A stretch of DNA of 64,000 nt from Vermamoeba vermiformis (taxonomy: Eukaryota). Below the pieces are notes generated by a model. The model had not been told where the DNA came from, searched no databases, and was given only the letters and a program-made list of their open reading frames with translations. The position numbers were made by a program, and so were the translations under genes. Below are positions 13,166 through 28,503 of this stretch, one piece after another (positions within the stretch are counted from its first letter, which is position 1; each line of letters opens with the position of its first letter). Location of the stretch: positions 248,001 to 312,000 of the forward strand of contig JBEWZL010000166.1 in NCBI GenBank assembly GCA_045837725.1, written 5' to 3'.

Positions 13166-14450
13166 ATGGCTCGGCCAGATAGATTTACGAGCACTGGCGA
13201 GCTGATTAAATACACGTATAATGAAGAGATCGTGCCCGAGCATAATGTGCTGCAGTTAACGCCACCCGAGCACTACCAATCCGCAATTCCCAGCTTCAGC
13301 AATTTATTTTCAATCCCAATCGATTTTATTACTAAATATGTGCGAGATAAAAATGAAGCACGACTATTGTTACACATATCACGCCTTGGACAGCAACTGG
13401 ATGTGGTTGTTAAATTATACATCGTCGAATTACAACAAGCAGAGGTATCAACACGACAACAGCACCTTCAATAGTACTATACTAATATTTACTGCCACTA
13501 GCTGCTAGATCGTGCTACCACATCGATCAACTTCTCCTCGCAGCCACTCATCACATCCATCACGCCCACACTCGCACAAGCAGCAGCACAACACTTGCAC
13601 AACCTCACTGTACTCTCGCAGACACTCGCCGCAGTAGCGTACATCGCTCGCACGTGCAGCAGAGGCAGTCGATCAATATCGCGCGGCACATCAAACTGTC
13701 GCGAATGAACTGTGCGTGCTGGAGGAGATTGAGGGCTTGAAGGGCCTGGCGTCAGTGAAGAGTGCTGTGGCTAAGGCGGAGAGTCTGTTGGCGCAGCGAC
13801 TGGACCTCGCACTGCACAGCACTACACCGCACCGCAGCGTGTGGCCTGAGGGGACGAAGGACTGGTTTGATTTGACGCGCGGTGTGAGTCCCAGTGTCAC
13901 GCTGCAGAGTGTCAAACACGAACCTGCACATGGAAGTGAGCACATGGAAGACAATGAGGACAATATGGAGCACGATGACGACGAGTCCCAGGACCACGAT
14001 GTGAGTCAGAAGCGCAGTGCTGATGAGGGCAGTGAGGAGAGCAGCGCCGAGAATGGTGCCAGTCAGCATGACAGTGCCGAGGAGCACAGTGACAGTGACG
14101 AGCACATCGAGCCCAGCGTGCCGCAAGATGAGCACGAGGGCATGGGACTCTCCACGCAAATGCCAAGCAAGAAAAACAAAGCCTCCACACCCAATCAGCG
14201 CGCCCTCTCTTCGAGTGACGACAAAGCATCACCTGTGACACGTGTCATGTTAGAATCGACACAGCGACGGGTGCGGTGGTCCTCAGACGAGTCCAGTCCG
14301 TCCTCACTGCGCGTGGAGAAAGAAGAAAGTCCCTCGCCGTACAGTCCCATTCACGGCTCACCACGCAGTTCTCCGCACAGTCCTTCGCGTCTGACTCGGC
14401 CCTCGACTGGCAGCAAGCGCGACACATCACAAGACACGTCTGATCAATAA
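13166..14450 (+). CDS. Hypothetical protein (helical N-terminal part, acidic/Ser-rich tail); apparent +1 frameshift at about 13637
   Basis: ATG 13166, intron 13445-13501. The exon-2 frame continues into the 13716-14450 frame only if one base near 13637 is skipped. Confidence 0.6.
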
Positions 14451-14538
14451 CAGCACTCATTGTACATAGCTGTGAATAAATTGTAATTATAGCACATGTT
14501 TATATTTACAAGACCTAATCACACATAACGAGAACTGA

Positions 14539-17500
14539 TCACTCCTCTTCGTTGCTGACCTTCTGTTTCTTGCGCGTCTTGCTCTCTTTGTCCCCGCCCT
14601 TGCGCTTCTTAGTTTTCTTCTCGCCATCGTTCTCCTCTTCAACTGCCTCGAGCTTGTTCTCCATAATTCTGAAGTCTCTTGCTGTACTGCGACGGAACTT
14701 GTCGTAGATCTCCAGCTGATGACGATCGCACAATTTGATCAGCGCGCTTTCAAACTTTTCAATCCAGAAGATGACATTCGGGAAGTGTCTAATCTCGCGC
14801 TCAATTTTAGCTTCAGTTACCTTGCTGTCCGCATACGACGTGATGAAGCTGTGCAATGATTATTAGTGGTGGTACTAGGAGAGCATTAACAACGTACCAA
14901 ATGAGATTGTAGACGACTGGTGTGATAGTCTTGCCCACGAACTCAATCATCTTGCGGTAGTCCTCTGCAGGTTCTTCTTCGCTTTCATTGTACTGCACCA
15001 GAAATGTTAGTTAGCCGTACAGCTAGGGCTGATGTGTTTAGCGTACCCTAATCGTGAACAAGTGCAACAGCTTGTAGAACTGCATGATTAGCTTGCCCAC
15101 TGCTTCGTGATTGGGCGGTGACAGTCGAGCACGCAGCAGCGGTGAGAGCACATTGCACATTGCGCGCACTCGTTTGTAAATGACATTGCGTGCATCATCT
15201 TCTGTCTTTTGTTTGGGCAGATTGAGGAACAACACTTCAATCTGCTCTAGTTGTGCGGAGAGCTGTTGAATCAACAACGAAGTGATCTGTGGCTCACTCT
15301 TCGCATTGATCACGCGGTATTTGAGCACGACTTGCACAGGCTCTTCTTCTTTTGTGTCATCTTTGGGCAGTGTTTCATTGTCTTTGAGCAGTTTGAGAAT
15401 GTCTTTAGCGAATGCGATCATCTGTCTCGTGTTAGCGACGAGGCTAAGCAATACATTGAACTCACAGTATCGAGTCCACCATCAGTTTTGAATGCGAGAG
15501 TGAAGAAGCACAGCACGAGTGTCTTGGACACGTTGATTGACAGATCATTCTTGACGTTCAAGAGCGGATTGATCCACTCGATGTGCTGTTCAAGCAATTC
15601 TAATAGCACAGTTAATGGTTGATTCATAGCTCAAAACAAGTGACGTACTGTCTAAGCTGATCGCTCCTTTCTTCTTGGCACTGTAGTACTCGGCAATGAT
15701 CATCAAGCATTCGAGCAGCACTTCAGCCTCTTTGTAGCGCGAGGACTCGACGGCGTCGTTGATTAAATTCTAAAATGATTAGTGTGAATACAGTGGTGCA
15801 TAAGCGAACTCACTTGCAGCACTGTGATCTGCACATTGATGCGGGCATTGATGTCACCCTTGGGGAGTTCTTCGGTCGAGTGTTTCTAATACGACACATG
15901 TCAGAGAGTGAACACAATCTATCGGCTTAATACATACAGTAGCGCTCTCGAACAGTTTGACCATCTTCGATCCCTCACTAATGCGCGATGAGGCATATTT
16001 GACGCAAGCTTCAAAGCATTCAAGTGCCAATGTCTTGGCCTTTTCCTTGTCCTTGTCCTTCGCCTTGTCTCGGTTCATAATCAACTCTTTGAACACAAAA
16101 CCACTGACTTTGGTGCTGAAATTGATGTGCTGATTGAGCGTTGTCTCTTCTTCTTCGGTAGCATTCGTCATCTACAACAATAATAATTAGCACATTATGA
16201 CGTGAGACTGATGCATTTGCTTCTTTGATAAAGGCCAAACAAGACTGCAAGATGAACTCCTTGAATGCCAAGTTCTTGCGAATGTCTTTGTCTTGTCCGT
16301 TGGTGTTCTCATCAACCTCCATCTCATCTTCATTGGCCGTGTAAAAGATCTTCATGCACTCGAATATCGCACTGGCTCAATTAGTATTGATAGACGTACT
16401 AGTATATGAGCACCTACCCCATGCCCAGCAGCGAAGGTCGTGTGAGAACGCTTTTGACTTTCTTTTCAAACGGCTTGCCTTTTTTGCCTTTTTGTTTGTT
16501 CTCTTTCTGATTTTCGTTTGCATCAACGATACCCTTTTTAATCATTTGTATCAGACCAAATGATTGGGCAATCAGTCGATAATATTCTTCGTGCGATTCG
16601 CCTCTATTCATCAGTGCCAAGTACTCAATCATCGACTCGAGTGTTCCAATGAGCAAGACCGGCAAGTTCGTTATTGAACACACCGCTCGCTGTGTCGAGA
16701 TCATACGTGGCCGATTTGTCCTGTCAAGTTGTTAGCAGACTTAATCTGACGTAAGATGACATTTACCAGTTCGAATTCTTCCGGATCAGGATTGTTACTC
16801 AGCAGTCGCGAAATGATGTTCTCCATCAGTTGTTTTGCCATTTCTGCTGTCTCGCTGGGCTGTGCATCTGATTTACATCGGTAAGTCAATCGTACTTTGA
16901 AGCTGAACAACGGACTTACCCTCTTGCTTGAAATGATTGACGATACACTTCTGGAAGCAGTACAACAGTTTGTCGAGTGGTTCTTGCAATTGCACTGCTG
17001 AGGGTTCGTTCTTGTCCGCAGCTTTGAGAATACATTCGTCGAATTTGAGCGGCCTCACTGATGCTTCTTCATCAGCGTTGTAATAACGTTGCAATTGTGA
17101 CATCAATAACTCGAAGATCATATCGTGCAACGAGACATTGCTTCTAAATATCTCGAATAGACCCGTGTAGAGCTTGTCTCTGATCTCACTTTGTTGAGTC
17201 AAACAGCGTCGCAAGAAGCCTTAAAAGAACGTTTAACGGAGAATAATATACTCGCGGACGTACCTAATATTTCTCCACCAAGATCGTTATTCGATGCCAC
17301 TTGCGAAGAACCCTTTGATGTTTTCAACTTCTTCAACAGCTGCAAGAAGCCGGTGACAGCTGTGATACGCGAGTTGATTTCTCGGTTGAAGATAGCCTTT
17401 CTCAAGACCAAAATTAATCGGTCAAGGAACTGATTGTTCAGTGCGACCAAAGGCCAAATAGCGTTGATGTATGCCGAGGCCAACGAAGGAGACAATGAAT

Positions 17501-19595
17501 CAAAGTAGTCCAGAGTGTCTTTGATCTAAATGGTTGTCAGCTCATTCTTTGTGCAGTGACAGTCCCTACCTTGTTCGAGTGGTCCAGCAGATTGTGCGTA
17601 CATTCACTGACAACAGAGGCAAGCAACTTCAAGTACATCAGCGGATTGTGCTCGTTAGAAATCACCCGTGAAAATATTTGGTCCAATATCTCGGGTCTGA
17701 CGCCCTCGTGAATTTTGAAGCACGCCAAGAGCGCTTTGATGCCCAAATCAATTGCACTTTTGTGCGGCTTATCGTGATCTGTCGACACATTAGCGAGGAT
17801 ATCTAAACTCGATCATTGACATACCACCAGCCTTTGATAGAGGTAAGTCCATCAATGCGAGGCCCAATTGCAGTGCTCCCTTTGTTACAATTAGTACTTA
17901 GTGAAGATGTTATATAGGCAGGTACCTTGACAGTTGCATCCCAACCGTTTTCAGAATTCTTAATTGCACTCAACAGTGAGGGTGCGATGATAGCCTTTGA
18001 GGACTTTTGTTGCATGGCGTCGTTTTGTTCAAAATCTGGCAAGGCATTAACGCATACTCACGTACTGACAATAATTACCTTTAAACCAAGCAATTTCTTT
18101 CATTGCAGAATCGCCTTTGAAGGAGTTCACAATCGAAGCGCGCAACAAATCAAATATTTGCTGCTCGAATTTTGTGTTCGATTGACCTTTGCCAATGGCC
18201 AAGAGCAATGCGACAGCAAAAGGTGAGAACCGAGTTCGTTCATTTTTGAACAGCTTCAACATCTCCACACCCAACGTCTGGACTCGGGTCAGTAACACAG
18301 CTACAGCGATGTGTTTCACGTACCGAGTCTCTCTTGATGGCCAAGTCAATGTGAACCATAACAGTGCCTTCAACATGGCGCAGCTGCTCTGGTGAATAGT
18401 TTCGAATGCTGATTTTCTCTCTTTGACTAAACCAAGGGTCAATGTCTTATCATTGTGTCCGTATTGTTGACATACCTCTCTTGCAAGTCATCTTGACGAC
18501 ACTTCTCGTCCAAATTGTCAAACAATCTTACGATACCTTGAATAATTCGAGCACGCATGCCTTTAGACGACAGCATCAGTAGTTGATATACAATGGGCGG
18601 GATTTCGTTCAACTCTGTCTTTTTCAATTGCCTGGAAAGAAATTGTTAGCTAGCGCGGTGTGCCGAAGTCCGATCCGGTACGCACCTCAAAATCTTCTTA
18701 ATAACAGTTTTGAGCTGTTCACCCTCTTCTAACGGCATTTCTTTGATGCTGCCAATTAAATTTGACAAAATATTCTCGTGCCAGTCATATCGCCCGCACA
18801 TTTTGCTAATGGCATCTGTCACATATTCATTGCCAGATTTGCTGAAGTTATCTAAGGGCAAATTAGAACACAACGAGTAATGATTAGCGTCTCATTACCA
18901 TCGACGACCAAGTCAGCTTTGTTGATCAAATTGAACAGTTTAGGCAACAATCCAAACACAACTCCATCGTGTAGCTCGGGCTCATCAAAGGCCATGAATA
19001 CTTCTGAGACAAAGTACGGCAGCAATGGCTCGGGGAATGCATCGAACTGAGGCAACAGTTAGCACGCAATGACATTAGGTAACGTCACGTACTTCTCCTA
19101 ACAAGGCCGTTACACACGCCTGTCCGTCCTTGTCTTGTAACTTGCCGCTGTTTAACATATCGATCATCACTTTACATCGCGCGAGCTTTCGATACTCGTT
19201 GTTCTCTTCTGCGGCCAAAAACGCTAAAATTTGTTCCGGACCTGGATCCTACCGATCAGAAATACTGCAATATTCCTTCTTCTAGAATATTACTAACCTT
19301 TATTCTGTAGTCTTAAATATTCTTCTTTGCGCGCTTCATCTTGTAATTCAGAGATTTTCGAATTAACTTCGCTAACGAGCTCCTCCGCATTAATATTTTT
19401 TGTCTCTGTAAATATTATTAGCAATATGTCGTATTTAAATGTTTGATATAAATAGAATTTTTCGCGATTATTCTTTTCGAGTAAAGGATCGGATCCCGCC
19501 AAAATAATTGACCTGTCCTTTTAACTAATACACTTACGTGTCTTTCCTAATTTTCCGGATGTAATTTTTAATGCAGTGTCCTTAGTGCGCACCAT
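14539..19595 (-). CDS. FANCI: Fanconi anemia group I protein; apparent +1 frameshift at about 16657
   Basis: Motifs ELNEIPPIVYQLL, LRHVEGTV, FSPFAVALLLAI, LILVLRKAIFNREINSRITAVTGF, LRRCLTQQSEIR and PNVIFWIEKFE...STARDFRI. Many short introns. Confidence 0.93.
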
Positions 19596-19729
19596 CCTTG
19601 TGTTCTCGCTCGACGATCGTTTAAACAAAATGACACCCAAGAAATTCTGAGAATTGGGAGGTTTGTCTCCGTCGGATTACGGCGGTTTGGGAATAAATAT
19701 TGGTTTATATATTACAAAAATAACAAAAT

Positions 19730-21003
19730 TCAATCGCTAGGACTGATAATAGGGGAAGTAGGGTAAGGGGAGTGAGGTACGTCCACGGCACGTGCTTGCT
19801 GCTGTTGCTGAATAATGTAGTGGTCGTATTTAAGGAGTGGATGTCGTGCTTTGGATCTATGTTGTGGCAGCTTGGTAATCAGTGTGATAATAAAGAATAT
19901 CGGCGATATTTCAACGACGAAGTAGAACGGCGCTACAAACACCCATTCGTACGTCCAACCGCGGAGGTGACCGGGCCAGAATGGATTGACCACCGCACGA
20001 ATAACAAAACTCGTCACTACTATCACTGTAGTCCATAGAATTTGTTTAATGCGATGCAGTTTGATGCGTGCAGCTCCACCGATCGTGTTCTGTTGAAAAC
20101 TTCGGTACCAGAGGATACCATAGACAATGAAGAATATAATGGCACCCACGTACAAGCCACTCAAGAAGTTCGGTTGAATGAGCGAGTAGTACTGTTGTTG
20201 TTGTATTTCGTGTGAATAAGGCTGAATGTCTAAATAGATCCTCTTACCTTGTTCTCAACGGCGCACAATATCAATAGCCCGCCTTCGAGCAAGTACATCA
20301 CTAAATTGATGAAAATCACCGCCTGAATGCCAAGTTAATAATTGGGGCAATGAGATCTACCGACGATTTTACCCTGAAATGCGATCTGCGTGAGTCGAAA
20401 ACCTGAAGATCATTTACTTGGGAATGTGATTGCAATTTAGAGTATTGATCGGCCCACCACCATATTAAAGTGCTTTAGAATAGACTAATTAATAACCGAA
20501 TTGGAATTACAATGTTCGGGAGAGATATTTTACCTGTATGTGGACAATAATAAAAGTGCGGGCAGAGTCCATACTGCAATATTAATATTAGAAAAATACT
20601 AGTTCGGCATCGTTAGAATGGTAAATAATTAAAATTGAGATCACACGCGATCGAATCAAGTTGTAATGAATATTTACCGATATAAAATAGCACATTATTC
20701 AATGTTGTGCCTCCCGAGGACCATTCTGGTCGTAAGAACCAAAATACACAGCGTACTAAAGAAAAATAATTAATTTAATTCTATTCTTCTTTAACTCGTT
20801 GAATAAGCCGAGTTAAAGTACGTACCGCCCGTCAAAACAAATAATAGACAATAGAAAACTTTTTGGCGTTTTCGTAACGACATTGGTTCACGAAAACAGA
20901 TCAGAGTCACGGCGACGCCACAAGTCAAGCATAGCAAACCATAGAGTGACCCAAGAACGTAACAAGAGACGTACTTGCTGTAATTTACATCAAAGTCAGA
21001 CAT
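19730..21003 (-). CDS. TOM1/THH1 (DUF1084)/GPR137-like seven-transmembrane protein
   Basis: Multiple TM helices with RQKVFY after TM1, SFVIRA and YFVVEISP. Multi-exon. Confidence 0.7.
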
Positions 21004-21533
21004 GCTCGGTGTTCTCTCGATCTGTCAAGCTCGCGAATAAAATTGTTGGTCGCGCACGAGAGCGTGCACAGGACGCCATGCTCACTGCCCAGGCAAGTCT
21101 CAATTACAATTAACTTATCGCTACGCATCCTTTCTGTTCAGTGAAACAACAATATGGCACGCAGTACAGTAGCGATAATATTTCATCAATCCAATGAGTT
21201 ATCGGAGGCCTCCGCTGACGCGAGGACTACTACATCATGAAAGTACAATGACTTATCGATAGATAAATAAAAGAAAAGTCCAAGACAAAGTCAGTTTAAA
21301 AACTGGCGGCGTGCACAACCTGACTTTCCTTTTATAGATCCGAGGTGGGTTCACAAATTGTCAGGGCCCTGGACAAAACGGCTTGACGAAAAAGATGGCG
21401 AAGTTTTTATTTATAATTTCCTCTCAACAACAACACCACACCTCACCACCTTCCACCACGAGGAAAAACCGATCAGTTACCAAAATTGATCCCCCATCGG
21501 AGTTAATACGTTATCGAAAATAGAAATTTTACA

Positions 21534-23501
21534 ATGCAAGCTACAGAAACAATGCAACATGCAATACCCATCTTTCAAGGAAAGACTATTATAATTCCAG
21601 AGGTAATACGCACGGACCAGGCAGTTTTAAATTTAAACCCGATTTTATCGCATCTGCATAATTTTATTGAATAAAAGTCTAAATAAAATTTATCGCAGCA
21701 TGAAGAAGCTATTCCAACTGCATGGACTCAGGATCAAATCATTAAGCTCATAGAGTTTACCAAAACGAAGAGGCCGGACTGGAATTATGTTGCAAATGCT
21801 GTGGGAGGCAAATCCGCAGAGGTTCGTTAGAACGTAAATAGCCTCCAAATTGATTCTAATGGTATGATTTAGGATTGCAAGTCTTGGTACGAATTTGTCC
21901 GGGTGCTCCATAAGCACGATTGGGAGAAAGTTAAGTCCCCAGAAGAGAGCCTAGAGTCGTCTGGCAGCGAATCTCCGAAGCACCAGACTTCGGATAAGAG
22001 CCAGCCTCTTGGTAAGCACCAATTTATCAGGGATACATCATACAATCTTATTTTATCTTGATATATTTATTCATAAGTTTAAATTTTTAACCTGAACTCA
22101 GTGTTTTACTTGAATATCCCGCGGAACTAATCGCTTTATTACTGTCCTATTAATGCCCGCGTGTTGCATATAGCACATCGATACGTTTTACTAATCTTTA
22201 CGTTCTTTGGCATTGTTTCGGAGCGGCTAGCGATACACTCCATACTAACTTGCTTCTTAGACGACGACATGAGCTCCGACGATGAAGACGACGAGGAAAA
22301 GAAGAAGAGACGCTATAGGCGCAAGGCCACGCAGGTACGTGTTCGTTGTGTGCTAAATGCCAATCTTTGCAATCTTTCTTTCAAAATCTGATCGGAACTT
22401 CCTCCCGCAGATCGAGCGCTTGTACAAATGCCAAGAAAAGAACTGCAACCGCTCGTATGGTACTGAAGGTGCTTTGAAGATGCACTTGAAGCTTAAGCAC
22501 GCCGGAGTCCGTTACAAGTACGATCTTACGTAGTAATTAAATTTACCCGAGCGTTACTAATCCCTGAAAATACAGCTCGGCCTATCAAATGAAGGCTCGT
22601 CAGCATTCTTCCCTTCCTCAGGATGAACCTTCCATTGGTAAGCACTATTTTTAGCTAAATTACGTTGCATCCAACCGCTATCGCAGCTAAAAATTTAAAT
22701 TTATATCATTTAAATGCCATACACTAACCTAGTACTATAAAGCCCCCACTCCTACGGCTGCGCCAGTGCTCACTGTGCCAATCCCTCAACCAATCCCTCA
22801 GGCTGCATCCCAAGCCTCTTTGCCGACGTTTCAAAACTACATCTTCCCGCACAACTACGTCAAAGTCGGTCAACAAGGCATGCCTACGACTGCTGTGTAC
22901 GCCATTCCCGACGTCAAGTCTCAGGCGATGATGCAGATCCCAACCTACGCGCCCACGATGATCTCATTCCCTCCTACGCAAAGTAAGTGATATACGCTGT
23001 TGGTGTGTATTGTTTTGTGCACCGAATCCCGTGAGATTACGGTGTGATCGGAGACAGTTCCGAGGACAAGTCAGCGCGTGCACAACAAAAGTACTGACCG
23101 AGATCTAATTCGTTGTAGTGACTCGCCCTGCCTCCTTCGTGGAGTACTTGCCGCAACCACCTCCTGCTAAGCGCGCTAAGCTCGATGAAGGCGGCGACAA
23201 GACGAGTGAAGTCGCCAAAGCCTTGCTCGACATCACGCAACAGAACGCAGACCCCGCCAAGGCCACCGACGCCTCGCTGACGCTGCCAAAGATCCAAGAC
23301 TTGTTGTCTTCAGGACCGCAATCGCATCCACAACTGATAATGGCCGGGAACATGCCCGCCGCTTTGCACAAAGACGCTATGATGGACATGAGCAAGCTCT
23401 CGTCCCCTCAATCGTACTTACCGAGCTTTGGTGCTCATCCGTATCTCATGTATCAAGTGCCTAATATGGAAATTTATCGCCAAGTCGAGAACCAAAAGTA
23501 G
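21534..23501 (+). CDS. Putative transcription factor with a Myb/SANT repeat and a C2H2 zinc finger
   Basis: Spliced exons give AWTQDQIIKLIEFTKTKRPDWNYVANAVGGKSAEDCKSWY (Myb/SANT) and RRKATQIERLYKCQEKNCNRSYGTEGALKMHLKLKH (C2H2). Pro/Gln-rich C-terminus with PAKRAK NLS. Confidence 0.8.
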
Positions 23502-23950
23502 CTGGATTCTTGACCGCGTGTTGTGCTAATTATTTGTAAATAACTCGTTTAACTGTAAAATATAATAGGAAACTAATAAAGTGTTATATACTAGCGATTA
23601 TAAATTGCACATAACTGCATATTCCTTAAATTGGCGTAGAACATTCGAAGTAAAATGCCAGTGCACACTTAATTCATTAATGCTGTCGCACAATAAATTA
23701 ACACGTGCGCGGAGTATTGGAATTTGTAGGCGAAGGTTCTCACTTGCTCTAAAAGGCTAGACCATGTTAGGCTTACAATCAGTTTATTGGCAAGCGACAA
23801 GTATTAAATACAACAGCCCCATTCAACCTCTACTTCTCTTGAAAATAGTAGTAGTCAAATGGAACGATTAAGAGTGAAAATAATAATGAAAACAAGACAG
23901 TATTTATAAATAGTGTTGGGTGAGTGCAGCACTGATCGGACGACTAGTTC

Positions 23951-25150
23951 TTATTTAGTGCTGTCGTTAGCAGTCAAGTTTTGAATCAGTTCAGCTAAGG
24001 GCTCCAACTCCTTCTTGTCCACGAGGTTGAACTCGCAGATGAAGTAATAATAGTGCTTGAAACACGTGTTCAAGTGAGGCTCTTCACCGAGACTAACAAT
24101 TTTGTTGAAGTGGCTGTAATAAATGTGGGCGTAGATTCTGAATAATCGCTTGAAGATAGTCTTCACCACCATTTGGAAGTTCTTAGGGAATGGGACCTCT
24201 GTCATAATTAGGCGTAAGTAAGCTGTCGAGCGGACTAACGGTTGCTTGATCTGACATACCAACGCGTGAGGGGAAAACAGTTTCGTCATCGAGCTTGCTT
24301 TGTACCCACGTCATAAGATAGTCGACGTATTCAGGCGCTGAGCACTTAATTGGCTTCTTTATGCTTTCTCCATCTGCCCAAAGGTACTCGTACCTGAAAA
24401 CAGGATAAGAAACAACGAACGCATCAATGCATATAATGATTAGTGCCACAAAGTACAATTTTAGGTGCTCAAGTCACGTGTTAAACTCTGCCAAAAAGAA
24501 AACTTTGGCGCATCTCGGTTGGAAATTTCATGACTTTACGATTATCTTGATGGAGAACAGCGCCACCACCCGAATAAATTTAATTCGTTTTATCAGCGGC
24601 AGTATTTTGAATATTAAAGATATTTGACAAAAGAAGTTAAAAATTAAATAATAATTGAAGATTTTCGAATTACGGGCAGAGAAGCAATAATATTTTAAAG
24701 CACTTACTTAGGACCAGCACACATAACAGAGCACGATTGTGGGGTGCAGAACTCTGTAATGCTTCCATAAAGAAGGTTGATTTGGTTAAAAAAGTCAACA
24801 GCTACGAGCATTGAGTTAGAAAAATAATAAAATTGGTAGTATTATTTTTCTTACTATTAACAGCTAACCATTCATTCATATCTTCGCGCTCCGGCAATTT
24901 AACAGCCAATTTTAGATTTCCACTTCCCAACGTTGCCTTGGCGTATTTGTGCAGCTCATATCGCTTAGTGCCTTTGTTGATATTTTTCTTAGGCTTGAAT
25001 GTTTTGTTTTTGTCACCACTACGCTTCATTGTTAGTTCGTTTAAAATAGAATTAAAAATGGTTGGTTTGAATCCGATCAAAAAAAAGCTCTGGCAGATAT
25101 TAAATGAACTATATTAAAGAGACATCTACATACAAAAATTTGCCCAACAT
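23951..25150 (-). CDS. MOB1: MOB kinase activator 1
   Basis: [66 protein letters not shown]. Confidence 0.97.
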
Positions 25151-25325
25151 TGTTGCCTCTTATTGTCACCGGTGACTGCAATAATAAACGGAAATTGAGG
25201 TGATTTATTTGTCATATTATTTTCTGTCAGGGCAATAGACAGGTGGATAGCACGGGGCCGTTTTATTATTGTTTATCCACACGAGCACATAACAATATTG
25301 TATAACGGACGCTGTTGGAGCTTAA

Positions 25326-27618
<2,293 letters not shown>

Positions 27619-27932
27619 GAAATTTCAAAACACATGTACCAAAGAAAAATAAAAATCTGAACCGAATATCCCTGTTAATCGCCACTCACATGCCGTGCAC
27701 AACAAACCGCCCAACTGCGTGATAAATCTGATTCAGTATACATCTTTGGTGCGTAACCCGCCATTTTAGTAGAATTCTATTTAAAGATCTTGTTGCGGCA
27801 TCACAATTTATTTATCAATATTTTATTTGATGTCTTAAATATTTTATTTGAATTTTATATAAGACTTCGCTAATAGAGTTACGTTTAGATAATTATTTGG
27901 TAATTTATTTTAATTAATTACTATTTTTAGCG

Positions 27933-28403
27933 ATGGATGGAAGTGGAGAGTTGCTAGCGGCACTTGACAAGCTCAAAGAAGAGCTCACACAAACAGAAAA
28001 TATTCACAAAAATATGCGAGATTCACTTCAACAGCGCAAACAAGCGAATGACCGCGATCGAGAGTTTACAGCTAAATACGAAGAGATTATCAGTCAAATT
28101 GAGACTGCTAAGCGCGAGAGTGGCAAACGAATTGAAGAGGTGCGCATTCGATGTGCGAACAGACGCGTATTGTGTGCGAAGAAGAACGATGAGAAAGAGG
28201 AGTTAGAACGACAATTGCAAGCACTTCGACGGCGGCTATTAGAGCTGCAACAAACACGTACTGCCGATCAATTGTCGCAGCTGAAAAGAAAGCGCATCCA
28301 CGAGCTGAGTGAACAGAGCAAGTACGAGCAGTACAAACTCGTTGGCATGGCTTCTACTTGCGTGTTAATAGTCGTCTTATTGTACATAATCCTCTCTTTG
28401 TAA
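27933..28403 (+). CDS. Coiled-coil protein with a C-terminal transmembrane anchor (tail-anchored)
   Basis: Single 156-aa ORF, heptad-rich, ending in hydrophobic VLIVVLLYIILSL. Confidence 0.7.
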   Translation: MDGSGELLAALDKLKEELTQTENIHKNMRDSLQQRKQANDRDREFTAKYEEIISQIETAKRESGKRIEEVRIRCANRRVLCAKKNDEKEELERQLQALRRRLLELQQTRTADQLSQLKRKRIHELSEQSKYEQYKLVGMASTCVLIVVLLYIILSL

Positions 28404-28503
28404 ATACTTGATATTATACTCTCAAACTGCGGACAAAATTGTTCAGATCTGATCTGTTGTCAGTCCATTTATTTTTGAAAACCAACAGCACAAGCCGATC
28501 AAC

